A stretch of 62,867 nucleotides of DNA, filler included, from Atractiella rhizophila (taxonomy: Eukaryota): assembly GCA_021432655.1 (NCBI GenBank). It is 8 parts of 8 records of this genome, joined end to end, with 100 filler letters (N's around TTAATTAATTAA, not from the genome) between each part and the next. Parts side by side here need not be neighbours in the genome. Positions count along the whole stretch, not along the records: positions 1 to 9,066 come from MU272127.1; positions 9,167 to 18,202 come from MU272128.1; 6 more parts are not named here. One strand, 5' to 3'. A program made the position numbers and the translations under genes. The notes under the pieces were generated by a model. The model was not told the DNA's origin. It saw only the letters and a list, made by a program, of their open reading frames with translations, and made no database searches. How positions within the stretch are numbered: position 1 is the stretch's first letter; each line of letters starts with the position of its first letter. Positions 1-11,536 of the stretch are shown one piece after another.

Positions 1-944
1 CTTGGAGAAGGTCTGTTCGATTGCTGTTGTCTTCAGTAAAGCGGAGTAACATGCTATGAAAGCTGCTCACTTGAATGTGGAATAGCCAATCGAGCAAGAT
101 ATAACTGCTGGATGTGTTGGATGCGCTGTGAACTGTACAACGCATTAAAACAATTACTAGTCGCATACAGTCCATACCTTTTCTCGCGCTAGTTCACCAG
201 GTCAAAATTCAATATTCTGCACCGAAAATAGAGGTCACTCACTAGCAAAAGCTGCATTTCCCAGTCTCTCCACTGATCCCATACCTTATGACTCTGCAAG
301 CACGTTGGACTTGAAACCACTTGGATTCAACTGGACACTCACCTCTGTCAAATGCCATCCTACCCTGTCCAAAATAACATCCATAACTCCTCTCACCAGA
401 TCGTCAGAAATGAAATCCTTCATGCTTGCTTCCCCTTCAGCGGCAGCAAGAGGCTCGACATCCATTCCTTCCTCCTCCGTGTCTTCCAGGGAACGAGGAA
501 CAATGCCGTGGGCTTGATAATACTCGTCAATGAGCAGGCGTGCAAAATTCTCGTGTATTGGGATTGCTGTCCAATATTAAATACTGCTGCAGTGTAAGAA
601 GAGATGACATACAAAGGACATCCTGAGAAGCACGTTGGTACAGCTCGACCAGGCTGCCTAACGCTTCATGCGTTCTGCTCTGCTTGTACGCGTCCTGCTC
701 TTCCTGGAGCCAAGCGGTCCACATATCTTCTTGATGGATTACAACCCATTTCAGCCAGAATAACAAGAAGCGCACCTTCAGGAAGCGGAAAGACCTTGGA
801 CATCATTTCTCGTGCTTCCTGCAATGCTTTTCCATCCCTTGGAACAGCATTTTGGACGAGCTGTATGTGTGAAGTGTGAGCTGCATAGTCGTAAGGCTTC
901 TTCAGCAGCTTGTCCACCAGCTTTTGAACCTGTTTCGCACTCAT
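1..944 (-). CDS. PRP24: SART3/Prp24-like U4/U6 recycling factor, N-terminal HAT-repeat exons (3' part lies outside the window)
   Basis: ATG at 944. Exons read PYDYAAHTSHIQL..LQEAREMMSKVFPLPE|DMWTAWLQEE..LVELYQRASQD, matching the SART3 N-terminal pattern (YDYxxHxxLI..ARxxMSxxFPLxExxWxxWLxDE). Confidence 0.75.
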
Positions 945-1001
945 CGTCGTTTACCGCGAACCCGACTACGCATTCTCCAAAGAGACAGCCAATCTGCAAC
1001 G

Positions 1002-2359
1002 ATGGACCAGAGAAGCAGGCTTGAGATTGCTGCCAATTTCATTCATCAGGCTCCTCCAGGAGAAGTAAATGATGTCTTCAATGGTATGCTTCTCCATTCT
1101 TCAACGAAGATAACGCTGATTTGAGTGACAGACATCCGAACAATCATTTCGGATGATGTCGCCCTCGAAACTGGTCTTACTCCAGCTTTACGAAAGTACA
1201 ATCTGGATCAGCATGTGATTATTGATCTTCCATCACTCAAGAAGCAGGTCCATCCTTTCCTTTCCAGTTAAATTAGAGCAAATGACCTGATCATACTATT
1301 TGATGGTATTACAGGCGCTCCTCTGCGATGCTGCCCTAGTACCCGGACAAGAAGAGGGTGACTGGTTCTATGATCCTGCAAGCGGCAATCGCTTCAAGTT
1401 CGACCATGTGAGGTTAATACCGGAGGAGGTGAAGGATGAGCCGATAGCAGGAGAACACGAGGATATCCGGTATGTCTTTGCTCCTTTATTGAGCTAGGTG
1501 TAGACGGAGATGTGATGGCAGAAAAGGGCTTGAGAAGGCGTGGACGGCTTATGTTTCTGAGCATTATCATGAAGGAATAGTCGGCGTATACTCGCGCTTC
1601 ACGATCGAAACTAAAGATGTGGAAGTTGAGGAAGAGGTCGAAGTTGACGTAGAAGTCGAGGTTCCTGTCGAAGTAGAAGCTCCTCCGCCTGCTACTCCCA
1701 TGAGCACCGCCGAAGGAGACGAGGAAGAGGGCAAGGACAAGGAGGCTGTGGAAGGGGAAGGGGAAGGAACGGAGGATGCCATGACTACACCCGCTCCGCC
1801 CCAGGTCGAAATGAGGAAGGAGATACGGAAAGAGAAGCGGATAGAGAAGCGTGTGGAACGTAGAGAAGAACTCCAGAGCCTTCCAAAGTTCAGCGTAAGG
1901 TCAGTTGGAAATCGGTACAACTTTTCGAACTACTGGTGCGCATCTAACTTCCTTACGGGTATTATGACTATTTGTGCTGAAGGCGAGAGCAGGTCTGGAC
2001 GCTGGCGTTCATCTTGGGAGATCGACCTTTCTACATCCACTCTCACAGGATCGATTCTCGTCAACGTGCATTACTTTGAGCAAGGGAACGTCCAACTTAC
2101 GACGTCCTTCAACAAATCCCTTACCTTCTCCGCCTCACCATCCTCACCATCCTTTTCCACCCAAATTCTCAAAGAGGTGCACAAGATCGAAACCTCATAT
2201 CAGACAACTTTGAATGAGGTCTACTCAGACTTAGCCGAGCGCAACTTCAAGGGATTGAGGAGAGCCCTGCCTATCAGGAAGGAGAAAATGGATTGGGGTA
2301 GGGTGTGGGGATATAAACTCGGAAATGAGCTAGGCGGAGGCGTTAGCGGAAAGCAGTGA
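1002..2359 (+). CDS. CAP1: F-actin capping protein subunit alpha (multi-exon)
   Basis: MDQRSRLEIAANFIHQAPPGEVNDVFND..; VGNRYNFSNYW; SGRWRSSW; VNVHYFEQGNVQL; FKGLRRALPIRKEKMDW. GT-AG introns separate these blocks. Confidence 0.95.
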
Positions 2360-2611
2360 GGTATTGGAATGAAAACAGTGACTGTATGTGTACGTGTTGA
2401 AATGATAAAGGAGAAGAAATGTTGAACATCCTACTTACATCGCACCAATCTCAATTTTTTTTCTCAGCACAGGAGTCTGCTGGTATAAATGTGGACATCA
2501 ATTGGCCTTCAAAGTTCAGCGTTCAACATTGTGATAATGTGTACAACATCAGTTTTACTCCTTTCAATCGGTTCCCCCTTCATTTCCCCTCCCAGTTATT
2601 TTGTTAATTCT

Positions 2612-4276
2612 TCAGCTAGCAGACCACTCGATTTGGAAGTCTTGCGAGCCACTGCTGCCGCTCAGTATCGTAACTTGCGTGGTACCAGACGGAACGGAGT
2701 TGGCTGAGAACGCGGTACTTCCGCTATACGCCAGGTCTGCGCCGCTAAACGTCTAAGGTGCGACATTCATGAGATATATCCAGAAGAGAAGAAGAAAGGA
2801 CACACAAAGACGGTCGCAGTGACGCCGCTTCCACAAGTGAAGGAGCCAGAGGAGACACCACAGTTGCCTTCAACCACAGACATGGTGAGGTATGAATCTT
2901 GGAAAGGGAATAGTCACATACCCTTGGAAGATTTGAGGGTGAAGCCGCTGCCCGATGCAGTAGCAGTAAAAGTGGCGCAAGTTTGGGTAGACCAGGTGCC
3001 GGCACTCAACACTGTTCCGTGTCATTGAATATTAGTGTTCCATTGAAGCGAGAGAGTAAGGGAACCATAGAAAGGTTCTTCGCCAACCAGAGGAGGGAGG
3101 CGGATTATTTAGGCAACATGGCGACGTACCACATCCAGTTCCCGTGCTAATGACCAAGGTTCCCTTATCTCCACTACTTGGTCCGCTCCCGCTTCCTCCT
3201 CCACCTCCCCCTCCGCTACTACTTCCTTTCGGCAAATACTGAATGCCAGAGGATGGGCAAGTGGATGTATCAACAGGAGCAACAGGAATAAATGTTCCGC
3301 TTGCGATGTTGCCCTAAATACGACTTTTCAGTGAGTTTAGAAAGGAGGCGGGCTCACTACCTTAGTGTTATGATAATACCAAATCTCGTTCAGAGTTGAC
3401 CCGTCACATCCAAAGTACACTTGTTGCCCAAAGGCACTCTTTATCGCAGCTTGGAGTGCGGAGAGGGTGTAAGTTTTCGAGCTGGAGGGAGTGATACCGG
3501 CATCTATTCGCACAAGCTCAGCACCGTGCAAATCAATGGCAACGACAGAACTGACTGGAGAGCCACGTATAGGTCGGTAGCGTCTTGAACAGTGCAACAG
3601 TTCGGACGAAAAAGTCGACTGCCTCATCTCCCGTTGTGTAGGAGCTGTAGCAGCTCGTTGCGAGAGTGGAGATGCACGTGCCGTGCTTTCCTGTTGATAG
3701 GATAAGCTACTTCTTGTCAAGGCAATACTGACGAAATCACTTTCCCCATTCGTGCTGCCAGAAGGATTCGTCGTCCCCAGAGATGTCTTGCCAGTACGAT
3801 TGCATGTAAGAGAGCGTTGAAGAGGACTTGGACGAGAGCCATGAAGAAATTTGAGCACCCGTGTATTGTCGGCTGGAGTCGCAGGTCGCGTCGTACGTTC
3901 CATCGCAGTGATCAGGCCATCTACAAAGAGTTTGTGTCAGTCTACCTAACACAGCAGACGCTTCAACTCACAGTCCATGAATTGTCCACGAGTCGTTCGG
4001 CCCCGTCACAGGATCTTTGTCTCATTCAGAAAAATATTCTTGAGAAAGGGGAAGAAGCCAACTAGTATCCCAGAATTGAGTTTGCAGTAAAAGTCCTCCC
4101 GGTGTGTTGAAGCAACAAGTATCCTGACCACTCGAAGAAGCGACACAAGACTGACTGCTCGTCGAACACGTCTTTGCTGCTCTTTCCAGTAGGACAGAAG
4201 TGAGAGACGTCTCGTCCAGGCCCGACAGGGCTGGCGCCGCAAGGGCAAGATAGGGGAGAAGGAGGAGTGACAGCAT
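2612..4276 (-). CDS. Secreted ribonuclease T2 with Gly-rich linker and C-terminal extension domain (copy 1)
   Basis: Signal peptide MLSLLLLPYLALAAP; CCFNTPGG..QTQFWD; CAS I WTIHGL|WPD; CAS II FWQHEW.KHGTC; last exon ends DFQIEWSAS with the stop at 2612-2614. Confidence 0.93.
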
Positions 4277-5180
4277 CCGTATCCGCGACGAGAAGGATGA
4301 CAACGTGGGAGCTTGTGTGGATGGCAGGGGTTTTATACCTGCTAGCCCAAACGAGGATTTGAAGAGCACATCACTTGGAATGCACGCTCAAGCGGTCCAG
4401 CGCAGTATCCCATTATAGGCTCAGCATGGATCTCGGTTTGAAAAGCACAACCTAACGTCTCTATCTACGAGGATAAGCTAGTCATCTGAGGTGGCAAAGA
4501 GTGGCAAGGAAGAAAGCCACAACGATAGGGATTACAAGTTGTCACACCTTCGCACTTTCATTTGTTTGGCGGCCCGTCCTCAAGGTGGGAGAAAAGGCGA
4601 GATCCAAGTTTTCAGCCTGTTGCAACCCGATAAGATCACTGTACAATCGATTGGAGATAATAATAATCGGCCATGCGTACTTTCCATCTACCCCGCTAGA
4701 GCTAGCTGCGCGATTGGTGCTCAGCCAAATAGTCAGGGAAACGTTCAAACGTGCAATGCTCCATGATCGCACATGCTCTGGAGTAAATCCTCAGTTCAGC
4801 CGCAAAGAGTACGCTGTAGGAACTTGAAACGACGCGGCTCTCTAGTTTTCATGTAACAACATATGTAATCCTTGCTCCTGCTTCAGCCGTACACACCCAT
4901 TCACTAACACTAACTGATAACCCTCTGTCATGGTGACCTTTGGTTTGGTGGTTGCCAGTGGTTGTCACTACATACTGCTGTAACTGCACATTCCGTGGCA
5001 AGATCTTCCGCGGATTGATTTTGAACCATCCACCAGCCGTTCTTAGATCATAGGCAGGTACAATCGCGTGAGATGTACTGGGTGAGGAGTCTGCATGAAA
5101 AGCTGGCTAGAATCTAAACAGTTTACAACAACGCCATAATCTTTACAATGTTCTTCCTAAACATTTAGTTCTTCTGTGAT

Positions 5181-6802
5181 TCAAGAAGGGACCCATTGGA
5201 TGTTGAATTGTTGACTTCCAGAGGTTCCAGTCGAGATTTCCACCTGAGTACTTCCTGAAGGGATAGAATCGGCAGAAAAGTCTGCACTTCCATCATATTG
5301 CAAGTTTGCCCCACCAAACGTCTGCATGAATCGAATTAGGGGATAGTAAACCGTCAGGCGAGATGGAGGAGAGGCGTACGAATACCGTGCCAGAAACGCC
5401 AGAACCACAGCCAAAGGTTCCAGAAGAAACACCACATTGTCCTATTCGAAACATGAGCAGATGAGAGTATATAGACGAGCATAATGAACCTTTTGACGAC
5501 TTCAAGGTGAATCCATCACCTGAGGCTGTAGCAGTGAAGGTGGCGCAAGTCTGAACGGACCAAGTCCCCGCGCTCAGTACTGCACAAGCAAATTCAGCAT
5601 TCAATCACCTGCCACGAACGTAGGAGGAACATACCACATCCAGTTCCGGTCGAGACTTGCAGCTTTCCTGATCCCCCATCAGAAGGCGCATCACCGCTTC
5701 CTCCTCCTTCACCTCCACCTCCACCTCCTCCACCAGAGCCCCCATTCTTTGGAAGGTAACTGATACCGCTCGAAGGACATTTTGACGAGTCTGTAGGTTC
5801 AACTGGGATAAAGGATCCGGATGCGATATTTCCCTGATCCATAAATCTTCAGAAAAGCCTAAGATCTGAGAAGCCAGATCACCGCATACTTTGGTGTTGT
5901 AATAATACCACACTTGGTTGAGGTTGTTTCCGCTGCAGGCTACGTAGACCGGTTGACCAAACGCGTCTTGAAGGGCAGATTCGATTTGGGAGAGCGTGTA
6001 GGTTGCTGAGGATGATGGCGATATACCAGCAGCTGAAGAAAAGTATAAGGTAAAGAGGAAAATCGTAAGAAATGGAGAACGAACCAGATAACCAGTCGTA
6101 AGTGGGAACAGTTTTAAAAAGTGCCACAGTCTGGGTAAAGAAATCAATCGTCTCGTCTCCCTCCTCGTATCCATCATAACAACTAGGATCCAACGTCGAA
6201 ATGCATGTGCCATGCTTCCCCCTAAATGGCGTATTAGCCCATCTTATGTGAGATAGAATACATACCACTCGTGCTCCCAGAAGGATTCATCGTCTCCTGA
6301 AATGTCTTGCCAGTACGATTGCATGAAAGACAAGGTGTCTGGTGCCTTTTGCGATAACCATCCCGATAACTTTGAGCCGGAATATTGACGGGAAGAGTCG
6401 CAAGTATCGTTAAAACCACCGTCGCACAGGTCTGGCCAAAGTCCGTGAATGGTCCATGAATCGTCAGGCCCAGTTACTGGATCTGATCAAACTGAAGTCA
6501 GGTTTCGTTTGCGGAATCGTGGCGGGAAAATAAGCACCCGTGTCCCAGAACTGAGTCTGCAGCAACCTGTTCACATCGGCTCTCAGCAACAGAATTTGTG
6601 ACATTTTAGGGACACCGCACAATCCTCCGGGTGAGTTTGTACAGCAAGTGTCCACCGAAGTATCTGATCCACAACTCTGTGTATCAGTCGCACATGTCTT
6701 CGCTGCCTTTCTGACTAGGCTAGTGTGCGCGAAAGAGGAGTAACGACTGGGAACAGCAGAAACAAGGGGTGAGAGGAAGATGAATCCGGCGGCGCTGAGC
6801 AT
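5181..6802 (-). CDS. Secreted ribonuclease T2 with C-terminal extension (copy 2, tandem paralog)
   Basis: Signal peptide MLSAAGFIFLSPLVSA; WTIHGLWPDLCDG; FWEHEW..KHGTC; Gly-rich linker; ends QQFNIQWVPS*. Confidence 0.93.
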
Positions 6803-7778
6803 TTTCAGACAACAAGTGACTTATGTAGCGTCGTCTTCAACATGAAGTTGCGAAGGCAAAGTGCTTTTATATCTACTGGTACTGATGACGATAAAACAGG
6901 AACTCCGCACCAGGAAAATTGGTGTAACATGGTAACGCCTGATAAGTACCGGTTGCAAAAGAAGGAGCAGGTGAACTGTTTGAGCGATCAACTGAACGCG
7001 ACGCGATGATCCACTCTTGGATAGTCAGGGATTGCAACTGCGGATGATCTCTTATGGCAAAGCGTTGGCCACAAAGCCAAACAGATCATGGTTCTGTAAA
7101 TAACAAGTTCCAAACGCTTCACTTATCATCCCATTGCACGACCCAAAAGAAAAGGACGTGAATGAGATAGATGAGATACGGTATGAAGGTGCAGGCAAAG
7201 GCGTGGGCAGGATGACAACTAATTCGGCAAGGAGAACCTGCCTCCTGTAACATTGAGAGTTGACACTTTTGTGCGTAAGAAAGCAAGACAACCATTCTTC
7301 AGAAACCCTGGCCAATTGCTTGACGAAAGGATTTAGAGTGATTATGGAACTTGTAGAAGAAATCATTCTGCCAGCAACTACACTGACCTTCAAGCTTCAA
7401 GTTCCATGGTGCAGTGCCCATCCATTCAGTCAAGCTACCCACTCAGATTGCTCGCTGCTCGCATTACACATTACAACATTCCACAATTTTCTAACTAGGT
7501 TCCGTGCACGTCATGGACTCTGGCAGCATCTGCTCTGCCTCTGTCTGCAAGGTGTGGGCCCCTCAGGTTGAATTATTCAACGACCCCTTGAGTCTTTCAA
7601 GTGAGGACCACTTTGTATCATCAAACAAACAAGTCAAACAAGGGAAACGCACGACCTCGCACGAAGAAATCCAAAGCACACAAATAACTGCGAATAATTA
7701 ACGTGTATACCTTCTGGCACTGAGTCGGTTTTCTCATTCTTCTCACGTTGCAGAAGTGACGCCACGGAAGCTGGAACC

Positions 7779-9066
7779 ATGACCAGAGCTTACGCTTTCC
7801 CTGCTTCAGAAGCCCATGAAACTCCCAGGGACTGGGATTTAGACCACCACAAGACTCAAGGATATTGGTCTTCCGCCCAAGCTATGGGTTTTACAACGAC
7901 GAATTGGATTTATGAGAGATTCTGCCAGGTTCGTCAATGCTTCCCTCGTCGCGTTACGTCATATTCTCTCAAGCCGCTGATTCTTCCCTTGGATCTTTGT
8001 TGTAGGCGGTCGACCATGGCTCTTCCACGCTTGCAGATGGAATCACAGTCGAGGAAGTCAAATTCGAGCCAACGTTCAAGGATAAGTTTGTGCTCTGGGT
8101 TCGTTATTTCGTTCTCCAGTCTGGGAAAGAATCTGACGACAAAACAGTTTATCTCTTACTACTGGGACATTTTTTTCACCCTCGTCACTGGGCTCATTGC
8201 TCTTGGTATCTATGCTCTCCGCCTCAGAAAACAGAATGCCTCTCTCTCCCTTTTCAAACCTCAACTTGGCTCCAATAGGGAAGAAAAGATCCAACTTGCC
8301 CTCCAGGATCGAGACAGAGAACTTGAAGCAGTCCGAAGACTCTATGTGGAGGCATCAGCCTTGCTAGAGAAGAAAACGGAGGAAGCGAACGAAGTGGTGA
8401 GGGTTCAAGGTGATTTGGCGCTCTTGGAAGCAGGGAGGAAGGCAGTTGAAGACGAGAAAGATGAGCTCTCGAAGAAGCTTGATGGAAAGACTATGGAAGC
8501 TGAGAAATTGGAGAAAGAATTGGACGAACTAAAGGAGGAAATTTCGTCACTCAAAATGGAGCAAAAGAAGCTGGGCCAGCAGCATCAGCAGCAGATTGAA
8601 GAGCTGGAAGCGGCGGTGGCAGAGGAGAAAGCAGCGAAGGTGGAGAAAGAATCTCAGTTGTTGAAGTTGAACGAAGAGCTGGATTCGCAGAAATCATCTC
8701 ACTCGCGCTCGACTTCCGAAGTCGAATCCCTCAAGTCTTCTTTAGCCGACCTTCGATCCTCGTATACCTCTTTGGAGGCATCTCAATCCGATATCGTGTC
8801 CTCCAAATCTTCCCTCGAATCCCGCATCCAATCACTCCAATCTGAAAACGCGTCACTTTCAGCCTCTACTTCCCGTTTTGAGGCTGTAAAATCGGAACTC
8901 GCCGAACTGAAGCAAAAGGAAAAGGAAAGGTCGGCTGAAGTGGAACAGCTGGAAAACGAGTTGCAAGGGAAGGAAGCAAAGGTGCAAGAATTGACGAATA
9001 AATTGGACGACTATGCGGAGCGTCAGAAGACTTTGGAGCAGACGATGCAGGAAAATGAAACACTCA
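7779..9066 (+). CDS. Hypothetical membrane-anchored long coiled-coil protein (truncated at scaffold end)
   Basis: ATG at 7779 with two probable short introns. Hydrophobic segment DIFFTLVTGLIALGIYAL is followed by about 280 aa of E/K/L/S heptad-rich sequence open to the linker. Confidence 0.7.
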
Positions 9067-9166
9067 NNNNNNNNNNNNNNNNNNNNNNNNNNNNNNNNNN
9101 NNNNNNNNNNTTAATTAATTAANNNNNNNNNNNNNNNNNNNNNNNNNNNNNNNNNNNNNNNNNNNN
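9067..9166. other. Artificial scaffold-joining linker (44N-TTAATTAATTAA-44N); identical linkers at 18203-18302, 27322-27421, 33287-33386, 42339-42438, 51380-51479 and 60386-60485
   Basis: Identical 100-nt cassette with stops in all six frames, seen seven times. Genes break off at each junction. Confidence 0.98.
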
Positions 9167-9330
9167 ACCAACTCGCGAGACGCTGACACGCGAGACGCTG
9201 ACTCGCGAGACGCTGACTCGCGAGACAGCCAACTCTGACTCGCGAACAACCAACTCGCGAGACAGCCAACTCGCGAGATGGCCAACTCGCTAGACGGCCA
9301 ACTCGCGAGACATCCTACTCGCGAAGTCCA
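9167..9330. repeat. Tandem array of about ten 15-16-nt units with palindromic core CTCGCGAG
   Basis: Units such as ACTCGCGAGACGCTG and ACTCGCGAGACAGCCA; 8 exact TCGCGA plus 2 single-base variants; runs into the scaffold end. Confidence 0.9.
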
Positions 9331-9373
9331 CTCACCCACAGGAACGAACCTGAATGCGAGAGAGCGAACTCAC

Positions 9374-10829
9374 TTGGTATACCTTGAAGCCACGAATATT
9401 CCAGCAGGCGTTATGTCGTCCTGTGTCCATTGCCGAGAAGCGACAATCGCAGCAGCGCTCCCCTTCCTGATGACCTCTTCATCCTCAGTCGACTTGAGGT
9501 ACATCTTCAGGTCCTTGTCAGCGATGAAGTGTTGGAGAGGCCTCCAGAAGACCTCGGGCACCTTGAGCTGAACCAACCTCCACATGGCAGCGAACAGGAA
9601 GAAGCCTTCGGTCTCGAGCTGGGACCTCTCCTTGAGAGCACGCTCGCGTCTGGCAGGATCCCGAGGAAGGCACTTAAAGTTCCTCGCAGCCGCATAGAGT
9701 GGGTTGGAGCGACTGCCAGAAGTGTACCCTGCGTTGACTGCCTGGCCAGGATCGTCGAGCTGAGGCTCGCGTCAGTAGCGAACATGAACCAGAAGTCGCG
9801 AAGCGAGACGACTCACCCTCGTCCCCGTCCTGGCAGCGATGTTTCGCTTCGCCCCATCCTCCAGTTCGCGCAGGACAATCCCATCTCCCACGAAATCGAG
9901 CAGGAGCAGGCAGTTCGGGCGACCAAATTCGTCGCATATCATCACGGACTCCGTGCCATCGTAAACCGCCTCCAAAGTTCGATCGGTCTGCGTCTCGCGC
10001 ATGGTCCTCAAGTCGACGGAGTAGAGCCGGCGTTTGCCTTCTTCCTCCTTGAGCAGGATGACAGGGAGTTCTTCTGCCTGGGGCCTAAGCCTGCTCCCTC
10101 CTCTCACTGTGGCGGTTTCCTCGATGTTCCCTGTCGAGGCTGAGGTCGCGCTCGCGAGAGGAAATAGAGATGCTCACCCTTGAGGATGCCACACCTGTTC
10201 GCCTTGAGGATGTCCATATCGTCGGCGACGATGGAAAGGTGCGAGGGGGTAGGTTCCGCGAGGCGCTTGTGGCGAACGATCCTGATCGAGCGAGCACCAG
10301 CAGCCCAGAAGCCGGGAGACCTGCGAAACCCCAAGTTGTTGAGGACCGCCTTCGCGACCTGGTCGCCATCGCGCTTCGCCTTCCTGGCCATCGCGACGAT
10401 GCCAGCGAGGTCCCCATAAAGCGGGAAGTCGTCCTCCGAGCAGCGAAGGACATGCTGGGAAAAGGTGTTAACCGCATCGTTGTCATCCCAATTAGCCCAA
10501 GTGGCACTCGCGAGAAGGTATTCGTCCCTGCCTCGCGCGAACTCGAGGACGAGGCGTTTGAAGAGGGCCCTGTGATCGCCATCGTCCCTAATCGCCCCAT
10601 CGAGGGCGAAGCGCAAGATCTCGTCCTCGCCCGAAGAGCGCATGTGGACAACGAAGGCAGCGAGGAGGACCCTAACCTCGAGGTTGGCGAGGGGGGCAGA
10701 GCGCCTGACCTTCCTGCCGCTCGCTTCGGCTGCATCCCTGGGCTTCGCCCTCTGCCAACACAGTGAGCCCAGCACAGCAGAAACACTTCGGCCGCTCACC
10801 TTTGGTGCACCCTCGGCGGGATCGGTCAT
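9374..10829 (-). CDS. Putative Tet/JBP-like 2OG-Fe(II) dioxygenase-family protein (catalytic C-terminal exon(s) missing beyond scaffold end)
   Basis: Three ORFs join in frame through GT-AG introns at about 10131-10177 and 9760-9816. The product reads ..ESVMICDEFGRPNCLLLLDFVGD..TGTR|LDDPGQAVNAGYTSGSRSNP..ARNF..LFAAMWRLV..TPAGIFVASRYT. This resembles the fungal family RLxDxGxxxxxGYxxGxRS..FAxxWxL..PxGxxxxNYxRxxH. A GTGAGT donor at 9373 follows. Confidence 0.55.
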
Positions 10830-11044
10830 ATCGGATGAAATGCGAGGGCTGAAACACTCGGAAGGTCGGGGTTTGACGGTCTACTAAAGGTGTGATTGAT
10901 GTGATTGTGTCTTCGACCCCGAAGGGGCTTCCCCGAACTGCATATAAAGCGAGGAGCATGCTCACCTCCAAATGTCAGTTTCGTTTTCCTTTCTCTTTCT
11001 GGCAGAAGGCGTGTCTTGCCCACTCTGGAGTCCCGAAACCTCAG

Positions 11045-11536
11045 AGAGCACTCTGTCCCTAAGGTTCGATGTGGGATCGATCAAGGCGACCTATGTGTCC
11101 ACTTCTTTCTCCCACATAGAACCGAAGGTCAAGCGTTCAAAAGGAGTTCAGGGCTTCATGGTGAGCGCTCGCTCTTTTTCCTTTCTCTCCTGCGGCTGGC
11201 AGAAGACGAGCCACCCACTCGGCAGTCTGGAAATCTGGAAGAGCACTCTGTTCCTGAGGTTCGATGTGGGATCGATCAAGGCGACCTATGCGTCCACTTC
11301 TTTCTCCCACGTCGAACCGAAGGTCGAGGGTTCAACAGGATTTCGGACCTAAGAGCGGTCAGCTCGCTCTTCAGGCACAGCTCAAGGCCTTTGCATTATG
11401 GAGCACTTTTGGATTGTGACATTCGACATGCGAGGAGGGTACTTGTGGGCGCACTTAGACCACAGAGGTTCGCCTATGCCCAAGATTTGCCATTGGGATC
11501 GATCAAGGCGACCTATGCGTCCACTTCTTTCTCCCA
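11045..11536 (+). repeat. Three dispersed direct repeats (two of about 95 bp at 11045 and 11240; a 43-bp core at 11494)
   Basis: Shared core TGGGATCGATCAAGGCGACCTATGYGTCCACTTCTTTCTCCCA. Confidence 0.9.

Noticed and set aside
7052..7701. Short ORFs in CpG-poor intergenic patches (also about 23890-24390 and 26400-26880)
   Set aside because: Stops in all plausible frames and no motif; they may be decayed relics but cannot be assigned.
9167..11536. Repeat arrays as a possible CRISPR locus
   Set aside because: Units are 15-16 nt without unique spacers, or are irregularly spaced. No cas genes are present and the context is spliceosomal and eukaryotic.
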